A stretch of DNA of 51,957 bases from an uncultured Sphingomonadales bacterium (GTDB taxonomy: Bacteria; Pseudomonadota; Alphaproteobacteria; Sphingomonadales; CAKZYD01): positions 1 through 51,957 of the forward strand of contig CAKZYD010000408.1 in NCBI GenBank assembly GCA_937884085.1, in the 5' to 3' direction. Under the pieces are notes generated by a model. It ran no database searches, was not told where the DNA came from, and saw only the letters and a program-made list of their open reading frames with translations. Position 1 is the first letter of the stretch, and every line of letters begins with the position of its first letter. Both the position numbers and the translations under genes were made by a program. This document shows positions 12,091 to 21,454 of the stretch, piece after piece.

Positions 12091-13917
12091 TTAAACGAGC
12101 GCCTGACCCTCTTTGGATATTTTTCCAGATGCCCCCTCAGGACCCAGAATCATTTCATTATGCGCGGCCCCTGATGGCACCATCGGGTAGCAGTTTTCAA
12201 GTTTTTCAACCACACAATCGACGAACACAGGACCATCCGTCTCCATCATCTGCTTGATGCCGTCATCCAGGTCACTGGCTTTCTCAATACGAATGCCGGT
12301 CCAGCCGAAGCTTTCCGCCAGTTTAACGAAATCTGGCAATGAGTCGGAATAGCTACTGGAATAGCGCCCTTCATAGGTTAGCTGCTGCCACTGGCGCACC
12401 ATGCCCATATACTCATTGTTCAAGGTGAACACCTTGACCGGCAAGCGGTACTGCGTAGCAGTGCCCATCTCCTGCAGATTCATCTGAATAGACGCCTCGC
12501 CCGCAATATCAATCACCAAAGCATCGGGATAGGCCAGCTGCGCACCAATCGCCGCTGGCAGGCCATAGCCCATAGTGCCGAGGCCGCCGGACGTCAGCCA
12601 CTTATTGGGTTTATCAAAGCCGAAATACTGCGCGGCCCACATCTGGTGCTGGCCCACTTCCGTGGTAATGATAGGGCTCTTGTGATGGGTTAAATCAAAC
12701 AGGCGCTTGACGGCATGTTGCGGCAGGATGCCCTCGCCTTTTTGCGCATAGGCAAGGCAATCGCGTGCGCGCCAGTCTTCAATCTGAGCCCACCAGTCTT
12801 TCACCTGCGGACGCGCACGATAGGCTTTAGCGCGCCATAGCTTCAGCATGTCTTCAAGAACATGGCCCACATCGCCAACGATGCCGATATCGACGTGGAT
12901 ATTCTTGTTGATGGAAGACCGGTCAATATCCACATGGATTTTCTTCGAGCCCGGTGAGAAGCCATCCACCCTGCCCGTCACCCGATCATCAAAGCGCGCA
13001 CCCAAGCAAACCATCACATCGCAGCCGTGCATGGACATATTGGCTTCGTAGGTGCCATGCATGCCCAGCATGCCAAGGAATTGCTGGTCATCATGCGGCA
13101 TGGCGCCAAGACCCATCAGTGTTGATGTGACGGGAAAGCCGGTTGCATGGGCGAATTCCCGCAGCAATTGACTTGCCGCAGGGCCAGCATTGATGATGCC
13201 GCCGCCGGTGTACAAAATTGGCCGCTCTGCTTCGGCCATCAGTTCAAGCGCCTCTTCGATCAGCGCGCGATCGCCTTTGATCTGCGGCTTATAGGTGCGA
13301 TGCTCAACTTGGCCAATCGGCTTTACATAAGGTGCGTCTGCGACTTGGATGTTCTTGGGCAGGTCAATCACAACAGGACCAGGCCGGCCAGTTGTGGCGA
13401 TGTGGAAGGCCTCAAACATGATTTGGCACAGGTCTTCTGACTTGTCGACGAAGTAGTTGTGCTTCGTGCAGTGCCGTGTGATGCCAACCGTATCGGCCTC
13501 CTGGAAGGCATCCGTGCCAACCAAGTGGGTCGCAACCTGCCCCGTCAGAACCACCATCGGAATCGAATCCAGCATCGCATCGGCAATGCCCGTGACCGTG
13601 TTAGTAGCGCCAGGACCTGACGTCACCAGGACAACGCCCGGTTTGCCAGTTGAGCGCGCATAGCCTTCCGCCGCGTGCGCAGCGCCTTGCTCATGACGCA
13701 CGAGCACGTGATTGATTTTGCTGTGCTGGAATAGCGCATCATAAATCGGCAGCACAGCGCCGCCGGGATAGCCGAAAATCGTATCGACGCCCATGTCTTC
13801 GAGCGCGCGAATAATCACTTCCGCGCCGCTCATGATTTCAGGCTTTGCGGTCATGCCAGAGCGGCCAACAAGGCGGGGCCCGGCATCTTTCGGTGCGACA
13901 CTCTTTAGGCTAGTCAT
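12091..13917 (-). CDS. ilvB: Acetolactate synthase large subunit (biosynthetic type)
   Basis: ThDP-enzyme motifs (GYPGGAVLPIYDAL, GGLGTMGYGLPAAIGA, NNEYMGMVRQWQ). The start is uncertain: ATG 13917, or the internal ATG at 13854. Confidence 0.93.
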   Translation of the reverse strand: MTSLKSVAPKDAGPRLVGRSGMTAKPEIMSGAEVIIRALEDMGVDTIFGYPGGAVLPIYDALFQHSKINHVLVRHEQGAAHAAEGYARSTGKPGVVLVTSGPGATNTVTGIADAMLDSIPMVVLTGQVATHLVGTDAFQEADTVGITRHCTKHNYFVDKSEDLCQIMFEAFHIATTGRPGPVVIDLPKNIQVADAPYVKPIGQVEHRTYKPQIKGDRALIEEALELMAEAERPILYTGGGIINAGPAASQLLREFAHATGFPVTSTLMGLGAMPHDDQQFLGMLGMHGTYEANMSMHGCDVMVCLGARFDDRVTGRVDGFSPGSKKIHVDIDRSSINKNIHVDIGIVGDVGHVLEDMLKLWRAKAYRARPQVKDWWAQIEDWRARDCLAYAQKGEGILPQHAVKRLFDLTHHKSPIITTEVGQHQMWAAQYFGFDKPNKWLTSGGLGTMGYGLPAAIGAQLAYPDALVIDIAGEASIQMNLQEMGTATQYRLPVKVFTLNNEYMGMVRQWQQLTYEGRYSSSYSDSLPDFVKLAESFGWTGIRIEKASDLDDGIKQMMETDGPVFVDCVVEKLENCYPMVPSGAAHNEMILGPEGASGKISKEGQALV

Positions 13918-13974
13918 CTGATTTATCTCAAGTTTTTTGCGCGTTTTTAAACCAATTACTCAGCGAGGCTGTGG

Positions 13975-14002
13975 GTTATATACAGACTTTACAAGAGTTC
14001 AA
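13975..14002 (-). promoter_or_regulatory. Candidate sigma70-type promoter for ilvB-ilvN-ilvC
   Basis: The minus strand reads TTGAAC-N16-TATAAC about 60 nt upstream of the ilvB ATG. It sits inside an AT-rich intergenic tract. The call rests on sequence pattern only. Confidence 0.3.
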
Positions 14003-14085
14003 GTCGGTCGTCCCTATGCAATATAAGACTAAGTGTCAATAAATTATTGAAATAATATATCTCTGAAGAGAATTATTTTCTAATT

Positions 14086-15027
14086 TTATTGTGATAGACG
14101 TGTCCAATCAGCGAATTGATGACGGAACCACGTCAGTTGCCGCTTCGCAAACCGCCGCGTATCACGTTTTGCAAGCTCCACCGCCTCCTCAAAAGACAGC
14201 GCCTCACGCATATACTGCGCCAGCGGCGGCACGCCGACAGCCCGCAATATCGGCGTATCTGAAGCCAGGTCTTTGCGCATCAGCTCAGCCAGTTCGTCCA
14301 GTGCCCCAGCCGATAGCATAGCGTCCAGCCGGCGTTCACAGCGCGCATAGAGCGTCTCCCGATCCATCTCTGCTACCACGCGCAGCGCCGTCACACCTGG
14401 CTGATCGAGCAAGCCAGGCGCTGCTTGCTTTTGCCACTCGGCCAAGAGCGTGCCTGTCGCCAAGACCACCTCCAAAGCCCGGGCGATGCGCTGGCGATCA
14501 TTCGGGGACAAACGCGCGGCGCCATCCGGGTCGAGCGCGGACAGCTGCTCATAGAGCGGCGCTGGTCCCTCCGCCTCCAGCTGCGCGCGCACAGACGTGC
14601 GAATGGCTGGGTCAATATCTGGAACATCGGCGATGCCCCTTAATAAGCTTCGCAGATATAGGCCCGTCCCACCGACCAATATGGGCAGCCGCCGATCGTC
14701 CCACGCTGACTGGATAGCCTGGAGCGCTAAAGCCGACCATCGAGCAGCAGAGCAAGCATCGTCCGGCGGCAGAAAACCATATAGGGCGTGCGGCGCTTGT
14801 GCGCGCTCCTGCGCTGTTGGCTGCGCAGTCAAAATCGGAATAGCGTCATAGACCTGCATGCTATCGGCGTTGATGATGGTGCTTGGCATATGGTCTGCGA
14901 GGTCAAGCGCGAATGCAGACTTGCCGGTCGCCGTTGCCCCTGCAATAACCACCAGCGGCTGGTCGGCGTCCTTCAGCGCAGACACCGTGTCTTTCAGTTT
15001 CACCAATGAGGTGGCTTGCGTGTCCAC
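14086..15027 (-). CDS. miaA: tRNA dimethylallyltransferase
   Basis: P-loop AGATATGKS and an IPPT-family sequence throughout (TAQPT..., LVGGTGLYLRSL, RQLTWFR). Confidence 0.95.
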   Translation of the reverse strand: MDTQATSLVKLKDTVSALKDADQPLVVIAGATATGKSAFALDLADHMPSTIINADSMQVYDAIPILTAQPTAQERAQAPHALYGFLPPDDACSAARWSALALQAIQSAWDDRRLPILVGGTGLYLRSLLRGIADVPDIDPAIRTSVRAQLEAEGPAPLYEQLSALDPDGAARLSPNDRQRIARALEVVLATGTLLAEWQKQAAPGLLDQPGVTALRVVAEMDRETLYARCERRLDAMLSAGALDELAELMRKDLASDTPILRAVGVPPLAQYMREALSFEEAVELAKRDTRRFAKRQLTWFRHQFADWTRLSQ

Positions 15028-15874
15028 TCCTACCCTCGTCTTATGCGCCGCGCATGGTCAGCTCACTAGGGATGTCTTGGACCGGCTGCCACTAAAAAAG
15101 TCCAGCCTCACTTGGATTGAGCCAGAGACAGCCGCCTATACGGCAATACCCGCAACCGATGAGGACGCCTTAAAAAGCGCTCTGACGGCGGCCCCTCTCG
15201 ACTGGCACATCCTACCGGGCGCGCCGAAGCCCAAGCGGCTTTTCCTGGCCGACATGGATAGCACTATGATTGAGATTGAGTGCATTGATGAGCTGGCGGA
15301 CTATGCAGGCGTTAAAGCCGAGGTTTCCGCTGTCACCGAACGCGCAATGCGCGGTGAACTGGATTTCAGAGAAGCGCTCAACGCCCGCGTTCAGCTACTA
15401 GAAGGCCTCTCAGAAAGCGTTCTACAAGACTGTTACGAAGAGCGCGTCCGCTTTTCAGAAGGCGCCAAGGCGGCGGTGACAACGATGGCCGAAAACGGCT
15501 GCCGCTGCGTCCTCGTTTCAGGCGGCTTTACCTTCTTCACCAGCCGGGTAGCTGAAGCGCTAGGCTTTCATCGCCACCGCGCCAACGTGCTGGAGGTGAG
15601 GGATGGACGCCTCACGGGCAAGGTCATGCCGCCAATTTCAGATGCGAATACAAAACTGGAGACCCTCACTGAGGAAAGCCAGGCTCTCGCCCTTGCACGG
15701 GAGGATATCCTAGCTGTAGGCGATGGGGCCAACGATATTCCGATGCTACAGGCGGCAGGCCTAGGCGTCGCCTACCGCGCCAAGCCCAAAACTGCAGCGG
15801 CGGCACACTGTGCGCTGGACAATGCAGACCTGCGCGGACTGCTGTATCTGCAAGGTCTCATGCTCACCCCTTAA
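15020..15874 (+). CDS. serB: Phosphoserine phosphatase SerB (HAD family)
   Basis: HAD motifs DMDSTMI, SGGF, and GDGANDIPMLQAAGLGVAY. The track ORF starts at 14858 inside miaA. GTG at 15020 (or 15011) gives a normal-length protein, so the start is uncertain. Confidence 0.85.
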   Translation: MSTPTLVLCAAHGQLTRDVLDRLPLKKSSLTWIEPETAAYTAIPATDEDALKSALTAAPLDWHILPGAPKPKRLFLADMDSTMIEIECIDELADYAGVKAEVSAVTERAMRGELDFREALNARVQLLEGLSESVLQDCYEERVRFSEGAKAAVTTMAENGCRCVLVSGGFTFFTSRVAEALGFHRHRANVLEVRDGRLTGKVMPPISDANTKLETLTEESQALALAREDILAVGDGANDIPMLQAAGLGVAYRAKPKTAAAAHCALDNADLRGLLYLQGLMLTP

Positions 15875-15889
15875 ATGCCCCACCCCGCT

Positions 15890-15910
15890 ATGCTGGACTT
15901 AATCCAGCAT
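15890..15910 (+). terminator. Hairpin downstream of serB
   Basis: ATGCTGGA-cttaa-TCCAGCAT is a perfect 8-bp stem followed by CTCTTTC. There is no long U-run. Confidence 0.35.
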
Positions 15911-15944
15911 CTCTTTCAGGGAAAGGCTCACGCAGCTCCAGAAG

Positions 15945-15965
15945 ATCCTGACTCAAGTTCAGGAT
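15945..15965 (-). terminator. Hairpin downstream of degP
   Basis: ATCCTGA-N7-TCAGGAT is a perfect 7-bp stem lying 10 nt past the degP stop. The U-tract is weak. Confidence 0.3.
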
Positions 15966-15974
15966 TGCCGGTGA

Positions 15975-17462
15975 TCAGCTTTCGTCTTTATCCAACTTCA
16001 CCGGATAGTGCAGGAAGGTGTCTTCCGCCTGCTTATAGATGCGCAGGAGGATCATGTCGCGATCTTCCATCTCGGCAACTTTGTCCACTTGCTTTTGGAC
16101 ATCGGCGACAGAGCTGACTTTAACGCCATTGGCCTGATCAATGATGTCACCCGGCTGCAAGCCTTTGCGCGCTGCGTCGGTGCCTTGCTTGACCCGTGTC
16201 ACCACAGGACCGGTTGTCTTTTCGCCAAGCCCTAGACCTTCAACTTCTTCATTTGTCAGGTCTTTCAGCTGCATGCCAAGAACTGCACTGGTCTTCGACT
16301 TATCGCTGGAGCCACCCGGCGCGCCAGCAGCGGCGATAACATCGCGTCCCGGACGTTCAGCCAACGTCACTTTAATGGTCTTCTCTTTGCCATCACGAAC
16401 GACTTTAACGGGCACAGTGGCACCAACTTTAGAGCGTGACAGCATCAGAAGGAGTTTGTTGAGGCTTTCGACCTTCTTGCCCCCGAGCTCAATGATGACA
16501 TCGCCTGGCTGGAGCCCTGCCTTGGCGCCTGGACCGCCTTCGCTAACAGAAGAAACAAGCGCGCCCTTGGCATCTTTCAGGCCAAGGCTATCTGCTATGG
16601 CGTTGCTGACATTCTGGGCAGCAACGCCAAGATAGCCGCGCTCGACCTTGCCCTTTTCGCGCAGTTGGTCGACGATGTATTTTGCTTGGCTGGACGGAAT
16701 GGCGAGGCCAATGCCCACATTCCCGCCGGTGGGCGACAAGATGGCTGTGTTCACACCGATAACCTGGCCTTGCATATTAAAAGTCGGGCCGCCGGAATTG
16801 CCGCGGTTGATGGAGGCGTCGGTTTGCAGATAGTCGTCAAACGGACCGGCGTTGATGTTGCGATGCCGTGCTGAGAGAATACCAGCGGTGACCGTTCCAC
16901 CCAGACCAAAGGGGTTGCCGATGGCCATCACCCAATCGCCGACGCGGATTTTGTCGCTATCGCCCCATTTGGCATAGGGCAGCTTTTTGCCGGCATCGAT
17001 TTTCAAAAGCGCCAAATCGCCTTCCGGGTCCGTTCCGATAACTTCCGCGTCAAACTCTTGGTCGTCGGAAAAGCGGACGGTGATTTCTTCGGCTTCATCA
17101 ATCACGTGATTGTTGGTGACAATATAGCCATCCGGATCAATCACAAAGCCAGAGCCCAGTGAGCGCGCTTCGCGCTCGGCAGGTTCTTCCTCGTCTTCTC
17201 GGTCGCGGAACGGCCGCAGAAAATCTTCAAAGGGAGATCCTGGCCCAAACTGCGGAAAATTCGGGCGGCGCATTTCTACCCGGCTAATCGTGGAGATGTT
17301 CACGACCAGCGGGCTCAAGTCTTCCGCCAAATCGGCAAAGCTATCAGGCGCGGCCATGGCCGGCGCTGACATGACGGGCGCGGCAACGCCGATGACCGTT
17401 GCGGCAACGGCGGCGCGCAGCCAACGCGCGGATGAACCGGTGTTCTTAATTGTGTGAATCAA
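15975..17462 (-). CDS. degP: Periplasmic serine endoprotease DegP/HtrA (Do family, two PDZ domains)
   Basis: Catalytic-triad context (TNNHV, D..LALLK, GNSGGP) and two PDZ segments. A TTG at 17462 is preceded by AAAGGAA and followed by a signal peptide. The track ORF extends to 17600. Confidence 0.9.
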   Translation of the reverse strand: MIHTIKNTGSSARWLRAAVAATVIGVAAPVMSAPAMAAPDSFADLAEDLSPLVVNISTISRVEMRRPNFPQFGPGSPFEDFLRPFRDREDEEEPAEREARSLGSGFVIDPDGYIVTNNHVIDEAEEITVRFSDDQEFDAEVIGTDPEGDLALLKIDAGKKLPYAKWGDSDKIRVGDWVMAIGNPFGLGGTVTAGILSARHRNINAGPFDDYLQTDASINRGNSGGPTFNMQGQVIGVNTAILSPTGGNVGIGLAIPSSQAKYIVDQLREKGKVERGYLGVAAQNVSNAIADSLGLKDAKGALVSSVSEGGPGAKAGLQPGDVIIELGGKKVESLNKLLLMLSRSKVGATVPVKVVRDGKEKTIKVTLAERPGRDVIAAAGAPGGSSDKSKTSAVLGMQLKDLTNEEVEGLGLGEKTTGPVVTRVKQGTDAARKGLQPGDIIDQANGVKVSSVADVQKQVDKVAEMEDRDMILLRIYKQAEDTFLHYPVKLDKDES

Positions 17463-17604
17463 AGCGGTGGTTCCTTTTAAAATCAAAATACGCAAGCTTT
17501 GCCCCTCATGCCTATGCCAGTTGGCGGTCAAATGTGGCAAAATCTGGCAAAATCCTTCACGCAACGCGGCGAAGCGGCACTCTGCCGCGATAAAGTGCAC
17601 AACA

Positions 17605-17790
17605 TCATAACACCAACCAGGCTAAGAAAAGGCCTAAACACGCAGTCATGAGCCCAATGCCCCTAATGCGCTCGGTTGGTTCCTCCAATATTTTGGCGAC
17701 AAGCCCGCGCATTTGGTCTGGAAACAAGGCATAGACAATGCCTTCAAAAACCAATGCGATTGCCAAGCCAAGAAGAAGCTTTTCGGCCAC
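17605..17790 (-). CDS. DUF2065 small membrane protein
   Basis: 61 aa with two TM helices (LGLAIALVFEGIVYALFP...). It has the conserved position between hflC and degP. Confidence 0.7.
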   Translation of the reverse strand: MAEKLLLGLAIALVFEGIVYALFPDQMRGLVAKILEEPTERIRGIGLMTACLGLFLAWLVL

Positions 17791-17823
17791 GGGGCATCAT
17801 GCCTTTCTTGCCTCTGCGCAGTC

Positions 17824-18690
17824 CTAATTGCCGCCACCTTGCAGGTCAAAATACTCAAAAAACTCACTGTCAGGCGACAGCACCATGCTGGTGTCATCTT
17901 AGCGCAATGCTTTGCGATAGGCCTGCATAGAGCGATAAAACCCGAAGAATTCCTCATCGCGCTGGAAGGCGTCGGCAAAGATTTTAACCGCCTGTGCGTC
18001 GCCATCACCGCGAACTTTTTGAGAATTTTCTTCGGCTCTCGCGAGCATCACGGTACGTTGCTTATCAGCTTCAGCGCGAATACGAAGTTTCTCTTCTTCC
18101 CCTTCCGCGCGGATTTCACGCGCCTCTTGCTCGCGCTCCGTCTGCATCCGGCGGTAAATAGCGTCGGAGTTTGCCTTCGGCAGTTCGGCGCGCTTAATAC
18201 GCACATCGACCAGTTCCACGCCTAAGTCCCGCGCTGCGCGATTGGCGCCAGTGCGGATTTGCTCCATCAAAGAGCCACGTTCAGCAGACAAGAGGGTTGT
18301 AAAAGTTTGCTTACCGAGCGTTTCGCGCAGTTGCGAGCGGATTGGGGTCGACAAGAAGTCGCGGGCGCCGTTTTCGTTGAAAACACGCTGATAGAGCTTC
18401 AGCGCATCGGTAATTTGAAAGCGGGCAAACGCATCCACCACCAGACGCTTTTGGTCCGATGTCGTGACCTCTTCAGGCGGGACATCCAAATTAAGCACCC
18501 GGCTATCCAGCAGCACAACATTTTGCCAGGGCGCTTTGAACTTAAGGCCAGGCTCCACATGGGTGCGAACTGGATTACCAAATTGCAGAACAATGGCCTG
18601 CCGGGTTTCGGGAAGCGTGTAGACGCTCAAGGACGCTGCAAACAGCGCCAGACCCAGGACAATGAGAGAAATTATCGTTTTGACGTTCAT
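17824..18690 (-). pseudogene. hflC: Protease modulator HflC carrying an in-frame TAA (17899-17901)
   Basis: SPFH/band-7 sequence. The ORF 17899-18690 ends ...FYRSMQAYRKALR*. The same frame continues DDTSMVLSPDSEFFEYFDLQGGGN to a TAG at 17824-17826, which is the normal HflC C-terminus. Confidence 0.9.
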
Positions 18691-18711
18691 GATACTTAAC
18701 TTTCCTGGGCC

Positions 18712-19830
18712 TTAATTCCGTGACCGTTGCGCTGCGACTTCAGGCAGCGGCAGATAGGGCACCACGCCAGAGCCAGCAGACCCATCGATGATGATTTTGT
18801 TCATGTCTTGCATGATGTCTTCCATCGTTTCGAGATAGATGCGTTTGCGGGTCACGTCTTTCGCATCCTTGTACTGGTCATAGACTTGATTGAAGCGGTC
18901 GGCTTCACCGCGGGCTTTTGCCACGGTCGATTCTTTATAGGCTTCCGCCTCTTCGAGCATCTTGGTTGCTTCACCGCGTGCCCGTGGCACCACATCATTG
19001 GAATAGGCTTTGGCTTCGTTGATAGAGCGTTCTCTGTCAGCTTCAGCAGCCTGCACATCCCGAAAGGCATCAATCACGGCCTCAGGCGGCGTCGTTTGTT
19101 CTAGGGCAACCTCTTTGACCGAGATGCCAGCATCATATTGATCGAGCGAATCTTGAATAATCTGCTGCACTTCCACTTGGATTTTATCGCGTGCATCGGT
19201 CAAGGCGTCACGAATAGGGCGGCGGCCAATGACTTCGCGCATGGCGCTTTCGGCCACATCTTTTACCGTCTGCTCTTGCGGTTCTTGAATGTTGAAGAGG
19301 AATTTTTCGGCATTCCCAATCCGCCAGAAGACTGTGAAGGCCACATCGACGATGTTCTCATCGCCCGTCAGCATTAGGCTTTCATTGTCGTAGCGGCTGT
19401 AATCCGCGCTGCCATTCACATTGCTGCGGAAACCCACATCAATCCGGTTTTGCCGCTCAACATTGGGCGTTAGCGCCGTTTCGATCGGCGATGGCAGTTT
19501 CAAATGGAAGCCCGTGCCTTCGGTGCGCACATATTCCCCAAAACGTAAAATGACGCCTTGCTCGCCCGGTTTAACGGTGTACCAGCTGGTCAGGCCAATC
19601 CATATCAGCGCCAGCAGCGCCAAGATGAGCATGATGCCGCCGCCGCCAACACCGCCCGGAACCGCGCCCTTCAGCCGTTGCTGGCTTTTGCGGATGAGGT
19701 CATCCAAATCAGGCCCGCCAGCGCTGCCGCCGCCGCCACTGCCGCGTGGGCCGCTGCCCCAAGGGTTTTTTCCGCCACGGTTGCCGCCTGTATTCCAGGG
19801 GCCGCCATTGTTGTTGTTCTGCCAGGGCAT
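18712..19830 (-). CDS. hflK: Protease modulator HflK
   Basis: Gly-rich N-terminus, one TM helix and an SPFH domain. It lies immediately upstream of hflC. Confidence 0.95.
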   Translation of the reverse strand: MPWQNNNNGGPWNTGGNRGGKNPWGSGPRGSGGGGSAGGPDLDDLIRKSQQRLKGAVPGGVGGGGIMLILALLALIWIGLTSWYTVKPGEQGVILRFGEYVRTEGTGFHLKLPSPIETALTPNVERQNRIDVGFRSNVNGSADYSRYDNESLMLTGDENIVDVAFTVFWRIGNAEKFLFNIQEPQEQTVKDVAESAMREVIGRRPIRDALTDARDKIQVEVQQIIQDSLDQYDAGISVKEVALEQTTPPEAVIDAFRDVQAAEADRERSINEAKAYSNDVVPRARGEATKMLEEAEAYKESTVAKARGEADRFNQVYDQYKDAKDVTRKRIYLETMEDIMQDMNKIIIDGSAGSGVVPYLPLPEVAAQRSRN

Positions 19831-19954
19831 ACAGCTTCCTTTGCGTGAATCACTTTTATGTCAGAGTTGACAGACATGTTGTTTGCGGCACAGACACCGC
19901 TCTCGACGCTCTATATAAGAAGAGCGAAAGCGTTCGCAAAGGATTGATTGTCCC

Positions 19955-21046
19955 GTGTCAAAGCTTGCCCCCGATGATGTATTGACTGTGCTGAGCGATA
20001 TAACCCTGCCAGACGGCTCTACTTTAACGAAATCCCCGGTTTTCACCGGACTTGTGGTCAGGGACGACCATGTGGCTTTCGCTATCGATGCATCCTTGCA
20101 CGATGCCTATCAAAACAATCCCGGGCTACTCGCCCCCGTCCGCGCGGCTGCAGATGCCGCCCTCAAGCGAGACAAACGCGTTGGCCGCGCCACGGTTGTT
20201 TTAACCGGGGGGCCGTCGTCAAACCCAATACCGGCGCCAGCAGCCAAGCCAAACCCTGACCCAAAGCCAAAGCAAATTATTGCTGTCGGGTCTGGGAAAG
20301 GCGGCGTTGGCAAATCGACTGTGGCCGTTAATCTGGCAGTCGGGCTGGCGCGGCTCGGTAAATCCGTAGGCTTGCTAGATGCCGATGTTTATGGCCCTTC
20401 TGTACAGCACCTGCTTGGCCTAACAGGCGACCCGCGCGCCGATGGAGACAAAATCACGCCAATGGACGCCTTCGGCATCAAGGCCATGACCATGGGGCTT
20501 CTGGTTGACTAATCGACACCGATGATTTGGCGCGGACCAATGGTGGGCTCTGCCATTCTGCAGCTCCTCAATGACGTGGATTGGGGGCCACTTGACGTTT
20601 TGGTGGTGGATATGCCGCCTGGTACCGGCGATGCCCAGCTCACCCTAGCGCAGCGCACGCCTTTGGCAGGCGCCGTCATCGTCTCTACCCCGCAAGATTT
20701 GGCATTGATCGATGCTCGCAAAGCCATCGCCATGTTTGAGAAGGTGCAAGTGCCTATTCTAGGCCTTGTGGAAAATATGAGCGTGTTCATCTGCCCAAAA
20801 TGCGGCCATGAGAGCCATATCTTTTCCCACGGCGGGGCGGAAGACGCCGCCAAAAGCTTGGGCATTTCTTTCTTAGGCGGGCTGCCGCTGGATATAGACG
20901 TCCGCATGGCCAGCGATGATGGGAAGCCTATCGCTGCCAATTCAGGCGCGCCGCAAGCGGCCGCGTTTCTTAATTTGGCCAGCGCCGTCTTGGACAACCT
21001 CGCTGCCGATACTGCGCTACCGCCACCGCGTCTCGTGATGGATTAA
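19955..21046 (+). pseudogene. apbC: Fe-S cluster carrier ATPase ApbC/Mrp (NBP35 family) carrying an in-frame TAA (20510-20512)
   Basis: Track ORFs 19955-20512 (deviant Walker [12 protein letters not shown]) and 20522-21046 ([10 protein letters not shown]...[15 protein letters not shown]...CPKCGH) are in the same frame. They are separated only by TAA-TCG-ACA-CCG. GTG start at 19955. Confidence 0.9.
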
Positions 21047-21098
21047 AAAAATCACGGACATAGCCCTTTAAATTTATATATCAAATCTATATATATCG

Positions 21099-21104
21099 TA
21101 TAAT
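21099..21104 (+). promoter_or_regulatory. Consensus -10 hexamer (TATAAT) in an AT-rich tract upstream of the TM2 gene
   Basis: cgTATAATat lies 32 nt upstream of the ATG at 21136. The SD is GGAGGG at 21124-21129. The -35 element is not convincing. Confidence 0.3.
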
Positions 21105-21135
21105 ATACACACCCAGATTTGATGGAGGGTTTTGA

Positions 21136-21444
21136 ATGTCCGGTCGCTATGACAGCTTCGAAGCGGAGAGGATGATGCGCTATGACGCGCGCCGCAAATC
21201 GCTGCTCATCACGTATTTGCTTTGGTTTTTCCTGCCGATGATGGGCATTCACCGGATGTATTTAGGCAAGTGGATTTCCGGCTTCATGATGCTCGCGCTA
21301 TCAGTAATCGGCGGTGCCTTGACCGTCATCTTCATTGGCTACATCCCGCTCGCCTTAGCCGGTCTGTGGTGGGTGCTTGATGCAGTTCTGAATTACATCA
21401 ATGTAGAAAACTACAATGAAGCATTGGCTTACCACTTGTCTTAA
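21136..21444 (+). CDS. TM2 domain-containing membrane protein
   Basis: YLLWFFLPMMGIHRMYLGKWISG... and ...GLWWVLDAVL form the TM2 domain pattern. A good SD is present. Confidence 0.75.
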   Translation: MSGRYDSFEAERMMRYDARRKSLLITYLLWFFLPMMGIHRMYLGKWISGFMMLALSVIGGALTVIFIGYIPLALAGLWWVLDAVLNYINVENYNEALAYHLS

Positions 21445-21454
21445 AGACATTACC

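Noticed and set aside
13918-14085. Leader peptide or attenuator for the ilv operon
   Set aside because: No short ORF rich in Ile/Leu/Val with a start codon was found on the minus strand, and there is no convincing alternative terminator/antiterminator pairing.
17646-18225. 120-aa minus-strand and 170-aa plus-strand ORFs overlapping the hflC 3' region and DUF2065
   Set aside because: They lie out of frame or antisense to conserved hflC/DUF2065 sequence and show no motifs.
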